Numbered from the stretch's first letter, positions 1 through 12,088 are shown. The stretch is DNA of 64,000 bases from Lama glama (GCA_028534125.1 CM052816.1:50222001-50286000); one strand, 5' to 3'. Numbers and translations: made by a program. Notes: generated by a model from the letters alone, not told the origin.

Positions 1-785
1 TAGCAGACCTCCGCGGCGCTCCAACAACCCCACCCCCATCCCCTGCTCCCTACCGGCCGGCTGCGGCGCACCGCGCGCTGGACAAAAGAACCCAGGGGCA
101 CAGGAGAGAGCCTTGACAGCCCCTAAGTCGCCAAAGACACGCGGCCCGGGGACCCTGTACCTCCCCCGACTGGACCTCCTCCCCGACCGCCTGAGGGCTG
201 AAGGGGTCACGTCCGCGCAGGTCCGGGATCGCCCTGTCAGGAGCTGCCCGGGAGCAGCTTTCCAGGAACGCCGGGCACTGACCACACACCAGGGGCCGGG
301 AACCAGGTGGCCTGCACCAAGGCGGCTCGGGAAACTTGTATGTGGGCAAGTCTCCGGAGTCCCCATTCAAACTTTTGCCTCGAGCAGGCTAACAACAACA
401 AAAAACCAAGGTGCCCCGCGTCCCTCCTCCCTCTCCAGCTCAAGACCCCGAGACGTTTCTAGGGGTTCTGTGCATTCCCTTCCCTCCCTTCCCCCGTTCC
501 ATTTGTCCTTCTACCCCCACCCCATCCCAGTCTTCTTTTGTCTGGATCTTTTTCAGCACCAAGGTCCTCTGTATTTCTCTCTCCAAACGTCCTTCTGAAA
601 GTTACCTACATTTTTAAAGTGCATATATTTTCTTAACTTCTCCTCAGAGCTAGTTATTTTTTGCCTTAATTAAAGCCTTCTACCAATTACAATGTACTTT
701 TTCCCCCCTAAACTCGCTTTTTTTTTCTGTAAGTTTTTCTTTTTCTTTTCTTTTTTTAAAGGGGGAACAAAAGAAACATGATTAC
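1..785 (-). other. VCAN: Start of VCAN intron 1
   Basis: Follows the GT donor at 785-784 on the minus strand; the CpG-rich segment 1-460 continues the island. Confidence 0.82.
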
Positions 786-1125
786 CTTGAAAGGCGGCTT
801 ACTGCAGTTTGGGGGAAAAATTCACCTCAGCGCTGCGCGAATGGGTTCGGCGTTGGCGGGGCGGGTCACATAGGAAGCGCGGCGGTCTGGGGAAGGGTGC
901 GGAGGGTGCGGGATGGTGCTGGAGGACGCGGGGCTGACCGCAGATTCGGGTCCCAGCGCCTGTCCACCGCACCTAATATTCGCGGCTGTTGCGCCCGCCC
1001 GCCTGGAGTTCTTCCCCAGAAAGGCTCGGGGCAGCTCGCCTGCAAGTTCAAATGCGGGTTGTGACACCCATCATCATTATATCACTGTACCGTCAGCACC
1101 GAGGAGGAGACTCAGCGAGGAGGAG
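786..1125 (-). other. VCAN: VCAN (versican) exon 1, non-coding 5' UTR exon; 5' end approximate
   Basis: Minus strand reads CTCGCTGAGTCTCCTCCTCGG...GTACAGTGATATAATGATGATGGGTGTCACAACCCGCATTTGAACTTGCAGGCGAGCTGCCCCGAGCC...CCCCCAAACTGCAGTAAGCCGCCTTTCAAG, which closely matches my recollection of the human VCAN mRNA leader. It ends at donor AAG|GTAATC (786/785). The main ATG lies in exon 2, outside the window. Confidence 0.88.
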
Positions 1126-1320
1126 GAGGAGGAAGAGGAGGAGGGTTCATTCACAGTCTCCTGAAGCGCTCCGCAGCTTCAGCCACTCCTAAAAGCCCAG
1201 GCTTGGAAAGCAGGCAGAGGGGCGGAAAGGCAGCTCCCCGCGTCTGCGGTAGGGACCGCCTGCCTCCCTCCCCAGGCACTCCCACCTCTCGGCGTTTCTT
1301 CCTGACAAGAAGTACCAATC
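1077..1320 (-). promoter_or_regulatory. VCAN: VCAN proximal promoter: TATA-like, AP-1/CRE-like, GC box and CCAAT elements
   Basis: TATAA on minus at 1081-1077; TGACG half-CRE near 1091-1095; TGAGTCT near 1108-1114; GGGGCGG near 1219-1225; CCAAT near 1315-1319. Confidence 0.6.
1117..1143. repeat. (GAG)n trinucleotide tract at the VCAN TSS region
   Basis: gaggaggaggaggaggaagaggaggag, with one interruption. Confidence 0.9.
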
Positions 1321-2587
1321 GGCTTGGGGACAGCCGCGCTCCCCATTCAGCGACTCACTGAGCAACATCGCGCTGTGCGCAGGGAAACCACTGCCCGTCC
1401 ACCCCTCCCCCCCACTTCCCCGCCCCCCCGGCTGCCAGTTCTGGGTTAGGGGAAAGGAGCCCCCAGGCTCTTGTGGGGCAGGCCAGCACTAGACAATTGA
1501 GTATCGTCAGCTCTTCTTGGGGGCAAACGAAACTCTGTAAAATCAGCAAAGAACTTGGTTACAGCCTGTTCACGCGGCCACCGAGCCTGCCTGTCCCATC
1601 TGAAGGCACTGTCAGGCTCCTGGCTTCTGCCAACCTGAAAGAATCACTGAGAAAACGAGATCCTTCTGAGACCTAGAAGGAAAGTTTAAGAATTCCCCAC
1701 TGCCTTCCTGAGGAACTGCCCAATGGGGAGCCCAACGTCACTGCGCAATCTACAAAGACCCTTGTAATAAAGGGCTGGACAGGAAATTCCCCGAAGCAAA
1801 TCCCTCCTCGGATTCAGACAGATCCTTTTCCCCTGCCACAAACCTACAGAAGTCTGGATTGTGCTTTCTTCCTTCTTTCTTTCCCTCAACCTTTCAAAGT
1901 GTCCCTCACAGGAGAACATTTAATGCTTTTTCTGAGTAACAAATTCCTTGGACGGATCAATCACCTTCCTTGTGGTCAGGAAATAACCTTTCATGAGTTG
2001 ATGTGATTTCTGTTTTCAGCCAAGGCCCACCCGACTGTGTAAATAACATCAATACACAGAAGAGTCCCCTGCATTGTGTTACAAAAGATTTCCAACAGGA
2101 CCTTACAGAGCAAGGGTCAACCAGTTGACACAAAGGATTTCTGCCCCTTAGAAAAGAGGGACTTTGTATCTTTCTTTTCTTTGAAGTCAAGTATGAGTTT
2201 ACACGATGGGAACAAAATAAATCCAAGATGCACATCAGCTTAACACTGGGAATACTGGAGTGGATAGCAAACTTTTCTTTCTACACAAATATGGAAGTAT
2301 TTGAAATTCGGAAAGTGAGATAATTCTTCTGTCTGAAGTCCCTACTTAGAAAAGTATATCAAACACAGCACCTCACAACAGTGATGATTAAAGGAGAAAG
2401 TCCGTTTTCACTCTGAATTTCCTTGAGTAGTTTGGCTTAAGCTCATATTTTAAAACTTGTATCAGCCTAGACTCTTGTTATAAGGTTTCTTTTGCTAGTT
2501 ATATGTGTTCTGCATGATCATGGATTTTAACTGATAAACAGGTAAAAGGTTTGTCAGGAGAATTTCAGTCCTCAAAATGTGCATCTT

Positions 2588-2588
<1 letters not shown>

Positions 2589-2632
<44 letters not shown>
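2589..2632. repeat. (TATC)11 microsatellite
   Basis: Perfect 44-bp tetranucleotide run. Confidence 0.97.
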
Positions 2633-2799
2633 AGCTCACTACAGTGAATGACATAACTATTAATTATAGGATTTGGAAATCAATTTGATTTAACAATGAC
2701 TTACTTATTCTTAGGAGTTAGTTTAAGACCATTTCCCACATTGAAATTATATCCCATTAAAATACATTTAAAATAACAAAGTCACAGAACAGAACTGGA

Positions 2800-3190
2800 A
2801 TTCAACCCTTACATTTAATAGATAAGCAAACTTTTAGGAAGTGACTCACCTAAAATCATGTGATTAACAGCAGAGCTGTTACCAGAACACAACTCTTGAC
2901 TCCTTGTCCACTGGTCCCTTCAGTGCTCTTTACAGCAAGTTTATGATCAGGATGACTTCACTCAGAAAGGGAGAAAAATGAAATACAAGAATCTTTATTG
3001 AAATTTATACCCCAGGCTTTAGGTTAGACCTTTCTCTAAAATACGTCTAGGTAGGTATGTATTATTACTCTCATTTTAAAATTTGAGTAAACCGAGTTAA
3101 GTTCCAAAGAGTTTTAGTGTCCTACCCAAGGTCACTCTTTAAGTGGTAGATCTGCCAAGCTGAGAAGCCTATAATCTCTCCATTACCCTG
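2800..3190 (-). mobile_element. Two degraded MIR fragments (about 2800-2910 and 3050-3190)
   Basis: Antisense MIR-core motifs such as 'attattactctcattttaaa...cccaaggtcac' and 'aagtgactcacctaaaatcatg'. Confidence 0.55.
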
Positions 3191-5899
3191 CACTCTGTCC
3201 ATAATACAGTTAAGTAAAACGTTTCTACAAAGGAGACCCAGAGCAGAAAGAAGCAACTAATAGCAGATTAATATCAATTTTCAAGGAAATATTACTAAAT
3301 AGTTAACATTCACTATAAATAATACCATCTGTACATGATAGAACATGAAGAAAATTATGGGTCAGCTACTCCTTACATCCTGAGATATTTTCCTTTACCT
3401 TGCCAAATGTGTTTATCCAGCCCTCCAACATTTATAGTTCCTTGTAACATCCATAGACATTACAACTCTTGACTAAGTAGTTCTACAGGGCAGAGGCACT
3501 TTCTTAGGCAGATGCAACTAGTCAGAACATGGACAATGTTGAAAAGCTTTATACTGCATGCCTTTTCTTTACTTTGGCTTAAAACATTATAATTTAGAAA
3601 TTTAAACACTACTTCAGGCTGTCAAATCTCCAGAATGAAATGACACCCCCGAATATCTGCTTTCTTTCTCTAAGGCAGATTTCCCCCTCTAGCTATCTAT
3701 AATAGAGAAGGAATAAATAGGAAAGCATACCAGGTCCATTCAGGATAGAGTCTACAGCTGTATTATCTCTATGTAACTGTCCTTGAGGACTTTTTTAGCT
3801 CTCTTTTCCCTTTTTCTCTTCCTTCTTTCCTTTCTTTCACTAAAAAAAAAAGAATGAGAGAGCAGTTCTTTCTAATTCTCCCATGCCTGAAAAACCATCA
3901 GAAGTTTTGAATGGGAAAATATATATCTACAGTTTTCATACCGAAAACTTTATTTGCCCAATACACTCATCTGAATCAAACAGTAATTAAAATATCACTC
4001 TATTCATTCCTCCTTTAAAACACATCCTTGTACTGGGGATGTTCTGTATGTAAACTCCTCGTCCCCAGGTGTAGATAAAGCAAGATCTTCATTCCTAGTG
4101 CTGGTGTCTACAAGAAACCAGAAGCCAGAAGCTATGTGTCTTGCTTCGTTGTCTTGATCTTGTCTTTAGGAACTTGGCCAGGCTCAGAGGCAGCCAGCCA
4201 ATGACTTAGAGAAGAAAGGTATAGATGGCAGGTGGGTCTCCAGGGAATTTCATTATCTTTATCTAAACCTTCTGAGGTCCTTAAGGATCACGTTTCAGTC
4301 TTCCCCTTTTTTATTGATCAGGTGAAGTGTTCTTAGAAATGGTATTATCTGTTGCTGCCCTAGGAATGACAAGGTTCCAGTCCCACCCACATTCAGAAAA
4401 CAGAGTTCACATTTCAAGCTCCTGATCTGGCTGATCCTAGACACAATGAAGCAAACATCCTCTCTGGGTGGTGAAAGAATGTGAAAGATTAAAAATGCAC
4501 CTTTAATGAATTCCAAAGACCCTAGAAAAAAAGAAACCAACTCTCTAAGGTTGCTTTAAAAAAATTTTTTTTAACACTACAGGTTAGGGACAGACATTTT
4601 ATCCAACACTTCAAATCTTCTTCGGTTTCTAGGAAATAGAGAAGTAATATAAGTTCTTTGCTGCCTTCTTTAAAAAATAAAAGAAACCCTACAAAAGGCA
4701 AATGATGGTGACCATCTCATTAGGCATTAGCCTGAAGTACATAAATTACCCAGAGAAATAAAACACAAATATCCTTAGAAAGCCATGAAAAATGTGATTT
4801 TTCCCAGAAATCAGATACCAAGCCTTTGCGCCCCAACCTCCAAATCAAAATGTTACAGTAAAATGTTTCTCTCAATAAAAGAGTTCTTTTTCCCCCCTTT
4901 GCTGTAAATGTCCTGTTCATGGTTGGGCAGATTTCTCCAGAACTTAGCTAGAAGACCGTCTACATCACGACGGAACTATGCAAGCCAAAGCCAAGTTCCA
5001 ACATGGAGTGATGGGAAAGGCTGGGCTGCCGAGAGGAGATGACTTCATTAGGGAGAAGAGAGGCTCTCTGAGCCGGTTCACACGTCAGCCAAACGGCTCA
5101 GCACATCTGCATGAGCCCCGGGGAGGCTGCCTGGGGCAGAGTATCAAAAATGCCATCATTTTTACAAAAGAAAAGATTAAAGCATAAATAAAGCAGCCCA
5201 ACTAAACTGAATCAAAGATATCTACCTTACTCCTCTCTCTTGGTCAAACTCAGACTCTTTTCTTTTCCTCCTCACAGCCTGAAAAATATGTTATTTTTTA
5301 TAAAGCATTTGTCTGACTGAACCAAGACAAACTGAAGAATCTGGTTTCTGAACACAAGGAAGCGGTAGAGATCTTAGAATCTATGCAGCAGGGCAGAGAA
5401 CAACACAGAGGTTTTCTTCAGAGGCAAAACTTTTGTAGTTGCTGTTTATTTTCAGTGTGTACCAGGCTACTTTATTTAATTAGCATACAATGGGACCAAG
5501 AGACAAGAAGCTTAATGAAAGCACCATGGATGGGGCAAAAAGCCAACATGGCATCATTAGTACTTTCCATGAACAAAGGTAGAAGCAAGACAGGAAGCAG
5601 GGGAAGTTCTCCATAGTGAGAAGAGTGTTTGGGGAACTCTAGCTCAGGTATCAAAATAGCGTGTAGAAGTAACATCAGTTATTCTTTTTATTCTATCAAT
5701 AAAAAGAATTGCAGGACTAGTTGAAAATCAAGAGACTTTACGCTCTTGTTACAAAATTTGAGTGATCACATTTTAACCCTGTGATGCAAGGGAGATCAAA
5801 TATTTGCTCTAATTCATCAAGAAAAAAGAAGAGAATATCTGTAAGACTCAGCAAATACTTATCACAAACTGACTCCTCTCAATTTCATTTCTATTTTCT

Positions 5900-6020
5900 T
5901 TGTTCAATTCAACAAACATTTGCTGAGCACCTTCTATGTGCACTGTTTTAGAACTCTGGTATTCAGAAATTATTCAAAAGACGAAGAACTGCTTCCCAAA
6001 CTACAGGAGTTTATAATTTA
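5900..6020 (-). mobile_element. L2 3' end fragment
   Basis: 'ttcaacaaacatttgctgagcaccttctatgtgc' is the antisense L2 terminus. Confidence 0.7.
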
Positions 6021-6755
6021 TATAGACAAAATTAACTTATTAGAGTAGTCTAGGTTATGATCTACACAATGACAAATGAACTTAAAAGAAAAAAAGTATT
6101 TTTGTTTATATGCCCACTGGCTGGTTCAGTCAGCCATTTTTGAAGACATGCCACAGACTACAAATGGATCAGGGAAGAATGGTAGCTCAACAAATTTATT
6201 TCCTTTACTGGAAAATCTCTTCCACGCACATATTCTATTGACATTGAATCCTGGGCATTAATCTTGTTGTAGATGAGGGAATTGTATTACTTATTTTCCG
6301 GTAGTAAAATGAGTTGGTTAGATGATATGTACTTAGAATTCATTTTAAGTTTCTGAAAATCTTCCAGAATTGATAAATCAAACCAAAGTTGAATGGTGGA
6401 AAGAAAGCAATAAATGTCATTCTAACAAGAAAAGAAGTTCAAGGAAATTGACCACTCTAAGGATACTAGGGACTGCAGGACATGAGTATCAAATGTTGGC
6501 ATTGGAAAACTAGAGAAAAGAACAATGGGCTAAAAATTGTTTTTCTTCTCAGACATTAGAAAGCTGAAGTAATTTGATTTTAAATATAGCATTGAATTTA
6601 TAGCTTCCCTCAAAAATGCAGTTGGGAATGTATAATGGTCCTTCCCATCCCCTATTCCTGCAATTGCTTTGGGGAATTTTTGTCTGTTTTTGTCTCTGGT
6701 GGTAGCTGCCTGTGACTACTCCTCCCTCCCATATCATCTCACATAATATCTATCT

Positions 6756-7105
6756 CTTCTTTCCCCCAGCTTTATTGAGATATAATTAATATATAACATT
6801 GTATAAGTTTAAGGTGTACAGTGTGATTTGATACATGTTATATTGTGAACTATTAATCACAAAAGGTTGGTTAACACATCCTTTAACTCACATAATTTCC
6901 TTTTTTAATTGTTGTTATGGTGAGAACATTAAAGCTCTACTCTAATAGCAAGTTTCCAAATGCAGTACAGTATTGTTATCTATTGTAACCATGCTGTACA
7001 TTAGATCCCTGGAGCTTATTCATATTACAACTGAAAGTTTGTATCCTTTGACCAATATCCTCCCATTTCCCCCACCTCTCAGCCCTTGGCAAATACCATT
7101 CTACT
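6756..7105 (-). mobile_element. L1 (L1MA-like) 3' UTR, non-inverted part of an inverted insertion
   Basis: 'agctttattgagatataatt...tttaaggtgtacag...accattctactct' is the antisense L1MA 3' end. Confidence 0.85.
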
Positions 7106-7744
7106 CTCAACATAATAAAAAGGCCATATGCGATAAGCCCAGAGTCAACATCATACTCAAAGGTAAAAAGCTGAAAGCTTTCCTACTAAGATCAGGACAA
7201 GATAAATGTACTTACTCTCACCACTCTTATTCAAAATAGTACTAGAAGTGTTAGCTATGGCAGTCAGGCAAGAAAAAGAAATAAATGTTTCCAAATCAGA
7301 AAAGAAGTAAAATTGTTTCAGTTTGCTGATGACATGATCTTGTTTACAGAAAATTCTGAAGACTTCATAAAAAAAAACTGTTCAAGTTAATACACTAGTG
7401 AAGTTTCAGGATACAAAATCAACACACCAAATCTGTTGCATTTCTACACAGTAACAACTATATGAAAAAGAAATAAAACAATCCCATTTATAATAGCATC
7501 AAAAACAATAAAATACTTGGTTAGAAATAAATTTAGCCAAGGAAGTGAAACATCTATGCACTGAAAACTATAGGACATTGAAGAAAGAAGTTGAAGAAAA
7601 CACAAATTAATGGAAAGGTACCCTGTGTTCATGGATTAGAAAAGTTAATATTGTTAAGATGTCCATACAACCCAAAGGTATCTATAGATTCAATGTGATG
7701 CCAGTCAAAATTCTAACGGCATTTTTTTCACAGAAATAGGAACA
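7106..7744 (+). mobile_element. L1 ORF2 reverse-transcriptase fragment, frameshifted; inverted segment
   Basis: Encodes KAICDKPRVNIILKGKKLKAFLLRSG and FADDMI ('tttgctgatgacatgatc'), the L1 RT catalytic motif. Confidence 0.9.
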
Positions 7745-7750
7745 ATATGA

Positions 7751-8200
7751 TGTCTATCTTAGACTGGGTTCTCACAGAGACAAGCCCTGAGACAAGGATT
7801 CAAATGCAAGTAGTTTATTTGGGAAGTGACGGCAAGAAACATCTACAGAGAAGAAGATAATGAGACAGGGAAGGGAAGGAGGCTCTGAAAGGTGCATTTC
7901 AAACAGACTGCCACTATGAGCAACTGGAGCTTATTCCTACTAGAGGATGCCGGGAAACCACTGAGAACATGTTATCTCAGAGGTATTCCTGTCTAAGAGA
8001 GAGGGCACTGAAGTATTTATACACCTGTCATTGGTTGGGGATTTTTCGAAAGAGTATCAATCTTCTGCATATATGTAGGCCAACTGGGCTCTGGTGGCCA
8101 GAGAAAGCTCTCAGGCTAAATGATGCAGGGTCTGCAATAAGAATTTGGTCCAGCATGCACATGATAAAGATGAGGGGATATGGGCTTGGGTGCCAACTGT
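7751..8200. mobile_element. Old ERVL-class solo LTR
   Basis: 'ctgagacaaggattcaaatgcaagtagtttatttgggaagtga' is typical of ancient ERVL LTRs; subfamily uncertain. Confidence 0.65.
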
Positions 8201-8639
8201 AGCTGCTGTAATTCTCAATATTCTAATCATCACCAAGGCTGGCTAGGACTGTGGGATTGGCAACAACAGGTCTACCTTGGTGAGCTGGCAAGTCTTAGGA
8301 TATCAGGGAGGAAAGTGACTCCATTCGGCAGCTCCTCCCTCTTAGGCCTCTGTGCACCCACACCAGGAGCATCCCTACTGCTACCTTTCCCACACTCAGT
8401 GCTGCCTTGCTAATAGGATCCCCAGCCTGAATCTCAGTGCCTCTTCTCCCTCCCACAGACTTAGTCTGACTCCCTCAGACATCTCAACTCCCAGGAAGAA
8501 CTAGTCAGATGAGACTTGAAAACTGTTGTCCTGGGAATCATAAATGAATCTTAAATTTATAGAAGTTAAGGTCTTGAAGGGCTGTAAATTTACCTACAGC
8601 AAAGTCCTCTTAGTTCAGACATGCAGGCGCTGGTAGAAG

Positions 8640-8757
8640 CTCTGTGAGAACAGGGTATTGATAGTTCAAGTTCACACTGTACATACAGTTCCTTAGCCCA
8701 GTGCCTGGCCCACAGTAGGTGCTCAGCATATATGCATTGAATAGATGTGGAATGAAC
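8640..8757 (+). mobile_element. L2 3' end
   Basis: 'cagtgcctggcccacagtaggtgctcagcatatatgcattgaat'. Confidence 0.7.
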
Positions 8758-9212
8758 ACACCTGTTGAGTGTGTTCTATACCCTGAGAAACAAGGAAGGC
8801 TGGGACCAAAATGTAGCAGGCAGGAAAGATTCCCCATCCCAACCTAGCTCCCCTTCTTTGGGTCATCTGTCATCACCATGTGCCATCAGAAGCCCTGACC
8901 CAGTTCCATCGGCCATGAGGGTCCCCTTTCCTCTTGCAGTTGAGGGATCCAAATCCCCAGGAACCCAAGTGGAAACAATGGCTACATTTTCCTAAGGGGG
9001 TTGTAAATGTAAATCAGTAGGCTCCACATGATTTTATATCTTTGAGACAATGCTAGTCTGAGATCTAAAAGAATAATTTTATACTGTTCATAAACAGAGA
9101 CTGGCACATCAGGCTGCAAATAAAATAGGAAAGAACACCTGCTGTGGAAATGACAATTGCATCATTAGAGGAGGAAGAAGTGGGGAAGCAGATATCAAGA
9201 GTATAAGCCAGA

Positions 9213-10044
9213 CAATTAACAAAAAAATGCAAATTAAAACTACAATGAGGTATCATCTTACACTGGTCAGAATGATAAATGCCGGAGAGGCTGTGGAGAA
9301 AAGGGAACCCTCCTACGCTGTTGGTGGGAATGTAGTTTGATGCAGCCATTGTGGAAAACAGTATGGAGATTCCTCAAAAAACTGAAAATAGACTTACCGT
9401 ATGATCTAGCAATCCCAATCCTGGGCATATAACCAGAAGAAATTCTAATTCAAAAAGATATATGCACCCCAGTGTTCATAGAAACACTATTTACAATAGC
9501 CAAGACATGGAAGCACCTAAATGTCCATCACCCCCCAATGACTGGATAAAAAGTTGTGGTATGTATACACAATGGAATATTACTCAGCCATAAAGAGAAT
9601 GAAATACTGCCATTTGCAGCAACATGGATGGACTTGGAGAATATCATACTAAGTGAAGTAAACAAGAAAAAGAAAGAAAAATACCATAAGATATCACTCA
9701 TATGTGGAATCTAAAAAAAGACACAAATGAACTTATTTACAAAACAGAAACAGACTCATAGACACAGAAAACAAACTTATGGTTACTGGAGGGAAAGGGA
9801 AGGGTGGAGGGATAAACAGGGAGTTCAGGATTTGCAGATGCTAACTACTATACATAAAATAAATAAATAGCAAGGTCCTACTGCATAGCACAAGGAATTA
9901 TATTCAATACTTTTTAATAGCTTATAATGAAAAAGAATATGAAAAGGAATATATATGTATATGTATAACTGAACCACTGTGCTGTATACCAGAAGTTAAC
10001 ACAACATTGTACACTGACCATACTTCAATTAAAAAAAGAAAAAA
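9213..10044 (+). mobile_element. 5'-truncated camelid/artiodactyl L1 (ORF2 C-terminus, 3' UTR and A-tail)
   Basis: 'atgcaaattaaaactacaatgaggtatcatc' through 'aatgaaaaagaatatgaaaaggaatatatatg...acaacattgtacactgaccatacttcaattaaaaaaa'. Confidence 0.93.
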
Positions 10045-12088
10045 TTGAATCAAATATGCTGAACACTGAAAAAAAATAAAATTCTTCACCCAGCTGGTCC
10101 ATTTTAGCAGGGGCTTTCTTCCCATGGTCCCACGGGCTGACAACACTCCTTTTCAGTCTCCCCTACTCTTCCTCCCTTTCTTTTGTCCTTCCCCTAGCTA
10201 CTGGCAATGCAAAAGGCAAAAATCAAAAACAAAAAGGAGTATAAGCCAGAAACTGGATTATAATTGGGAGTTGTTTTCTAAGATGACCCAGAGATGCCTA
10301 ATGAAGACAGAAAGGTATGGATGGCAAACAGAAGAACCTGAGAGAGGACACTGTTAACTCAGAAACAGATTAGGAGATGACGTCTGGAAAACAGTGGGAG
10401 AGTGAGGAGCAAAGAACATAGGTGAGTAAAAAAATTAGGTTGCTTGAAACCAATTTATTTGGCAGATTCTACTCACTGAGGTTAAAAAATAAAAACCTAG
10501 AAGTTACTGGTTTCTTTTTCTAGTCACTACCCAAACTCCTGTATCAAATGTCCCCTTCCCATTGGGAATCAACTGCTTGAATCTTGGGCAGATTCCATAA
10601 CTACCTGTACACTTTTCATTAATATATGCCTGTTTTTACATAGTTCAAAATGCTAATCTCATATATGAAGGTTTTCCTTCTACCAAAGCTTCCATTTCCG
10701 TGGCTCAAGGGACATGGACTGGGGAAGGGAGGATGTCTTTTTTTTTTTTTTTTTCACCCTCTTCCAGCTCCTCCCTGATGCAGGGGTGGGACAGGGCTGG
10801 GCAGGCTGCTCTGGGACCCTGTTCTTGCTCTTCCGGGCTTCAGCGCCTCTGTTATGAAGTGGAAGAAGCAGGGATGAAGGAAAGGGACAAGAACCTCTTA
10901 CTGACTGGTTGCTGTTATAAACCTCTTTGGGATCAGTAAGGCTTCCCTGGATGACAGTGACTGACAGCTGACACCCCTGGTGTGGCAGGTGTCCCAACAC
11001 TGGCCACTGAGAGGACACATGTACACTTCCCAAGAGTCTTTACAGGACACCCCCTGTGCAGTTTCCTGCCCTAGGAGAGGCAACTGTGCGTCTTTCACCT
11101 TCCTTGACTCCATCTCAATTGATATGCACCCTGTCCCCTGCTGCTGTGGTTCCCCTAGTCTGACAGGCCACCCTTGGGACACCAGCAAGGCAACTTAATG
11201 CGGCTATTTTCTACTCTATCACTTAGCCCATCAAAATACTCAAAGCCTGATTCTTGCCAGACCACATAGGAACAAGGCTACCCATGCCCTCTGTCTTTCT
11301 AGTCACTTCTCTCCAAATACCCTTGCTCCTGTGCAGGTAGGTACAAGGATGATCAACAAATTGACTTTCTAGGTGGCTACGCTGAGCTCCACTTCTCACA
11401 GACATCGTCAGCTTCTGTGAGTTATTCTCTTTTAGCCTCTGTTTTACTTCTCCCTTGAGGAGAACAGAGAAAACAGGCAGCTCTCTCCTCAATACTCAAA
11501 AAGTAGTGAAATATAGTGTAGGTGGAAGGCAATACGAAAGAGACTGGTAAGGGAAAAACCAGGTTGTCACGTTGTCTGCAAGTGCAGCAATATGTATCTC
11601 ACTGGTGAAAAGAGAAAGGAATTATAAAAGCCTTTCCTCCAGTCTCCTCTGCCATGGCCCCCTGGCTTTCTCTCTGTGCCCTTGGGTATCTGTATGTGTG
11701 CATGAGTTTCATATCTGAGACCTTTATGTCTTCCTTGAATAAAAAGCTTCCAGGCGTTCCAGTGATTACACAATCCCCTACCAAATTCCAGAATTTCTTC
11801 TGATTCACAACATTGTGGCAACTTCATGAAGGTAGGAGAGATCTTGCTATGGTTCAGCAGTAAGGGAAGAGGAACATTGCCAAAGCCCCTGAAAGTTCTG
11901 AATTGGAAGGGCAGGTGTTTGATGTGGGGAAGCAATGGGAAGTGAGCAGTAACCTGAGAGTAGACTCAGGCAAGATATATAGGTTCCCAACATGTCAGGT
12001 AGTTCCTGCTCTGGTTTCAGATGGAGGAATTTAATAAGCTTTCAAGTCTTAAAACTCAAGTGACACACAGGATACAAGAAAGAGGCAC

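Larger units (their letters stand above)
1..1440. promoter_or_regulatory. VCAN: CpG island around the VCAN promoter and exon 1
   Basis: High GC and dense CpG in 1-460 and 790-1440, compared with the CpG-depleted AT-rich remainder of the window. Confidence 0.85.

Noticed and set aside
50..1192. ORFs of 60-161 aa in the CpG island, including a poly-Glu frame
   Set aside because: They are artefacts of GC richness and the GAG repeat; VCAN exon 1 is non-coding.
6973..7632. Functional reverse transcriptase gene
   Set aside because: It is a short frameshifted L1 ORF2 fragment.
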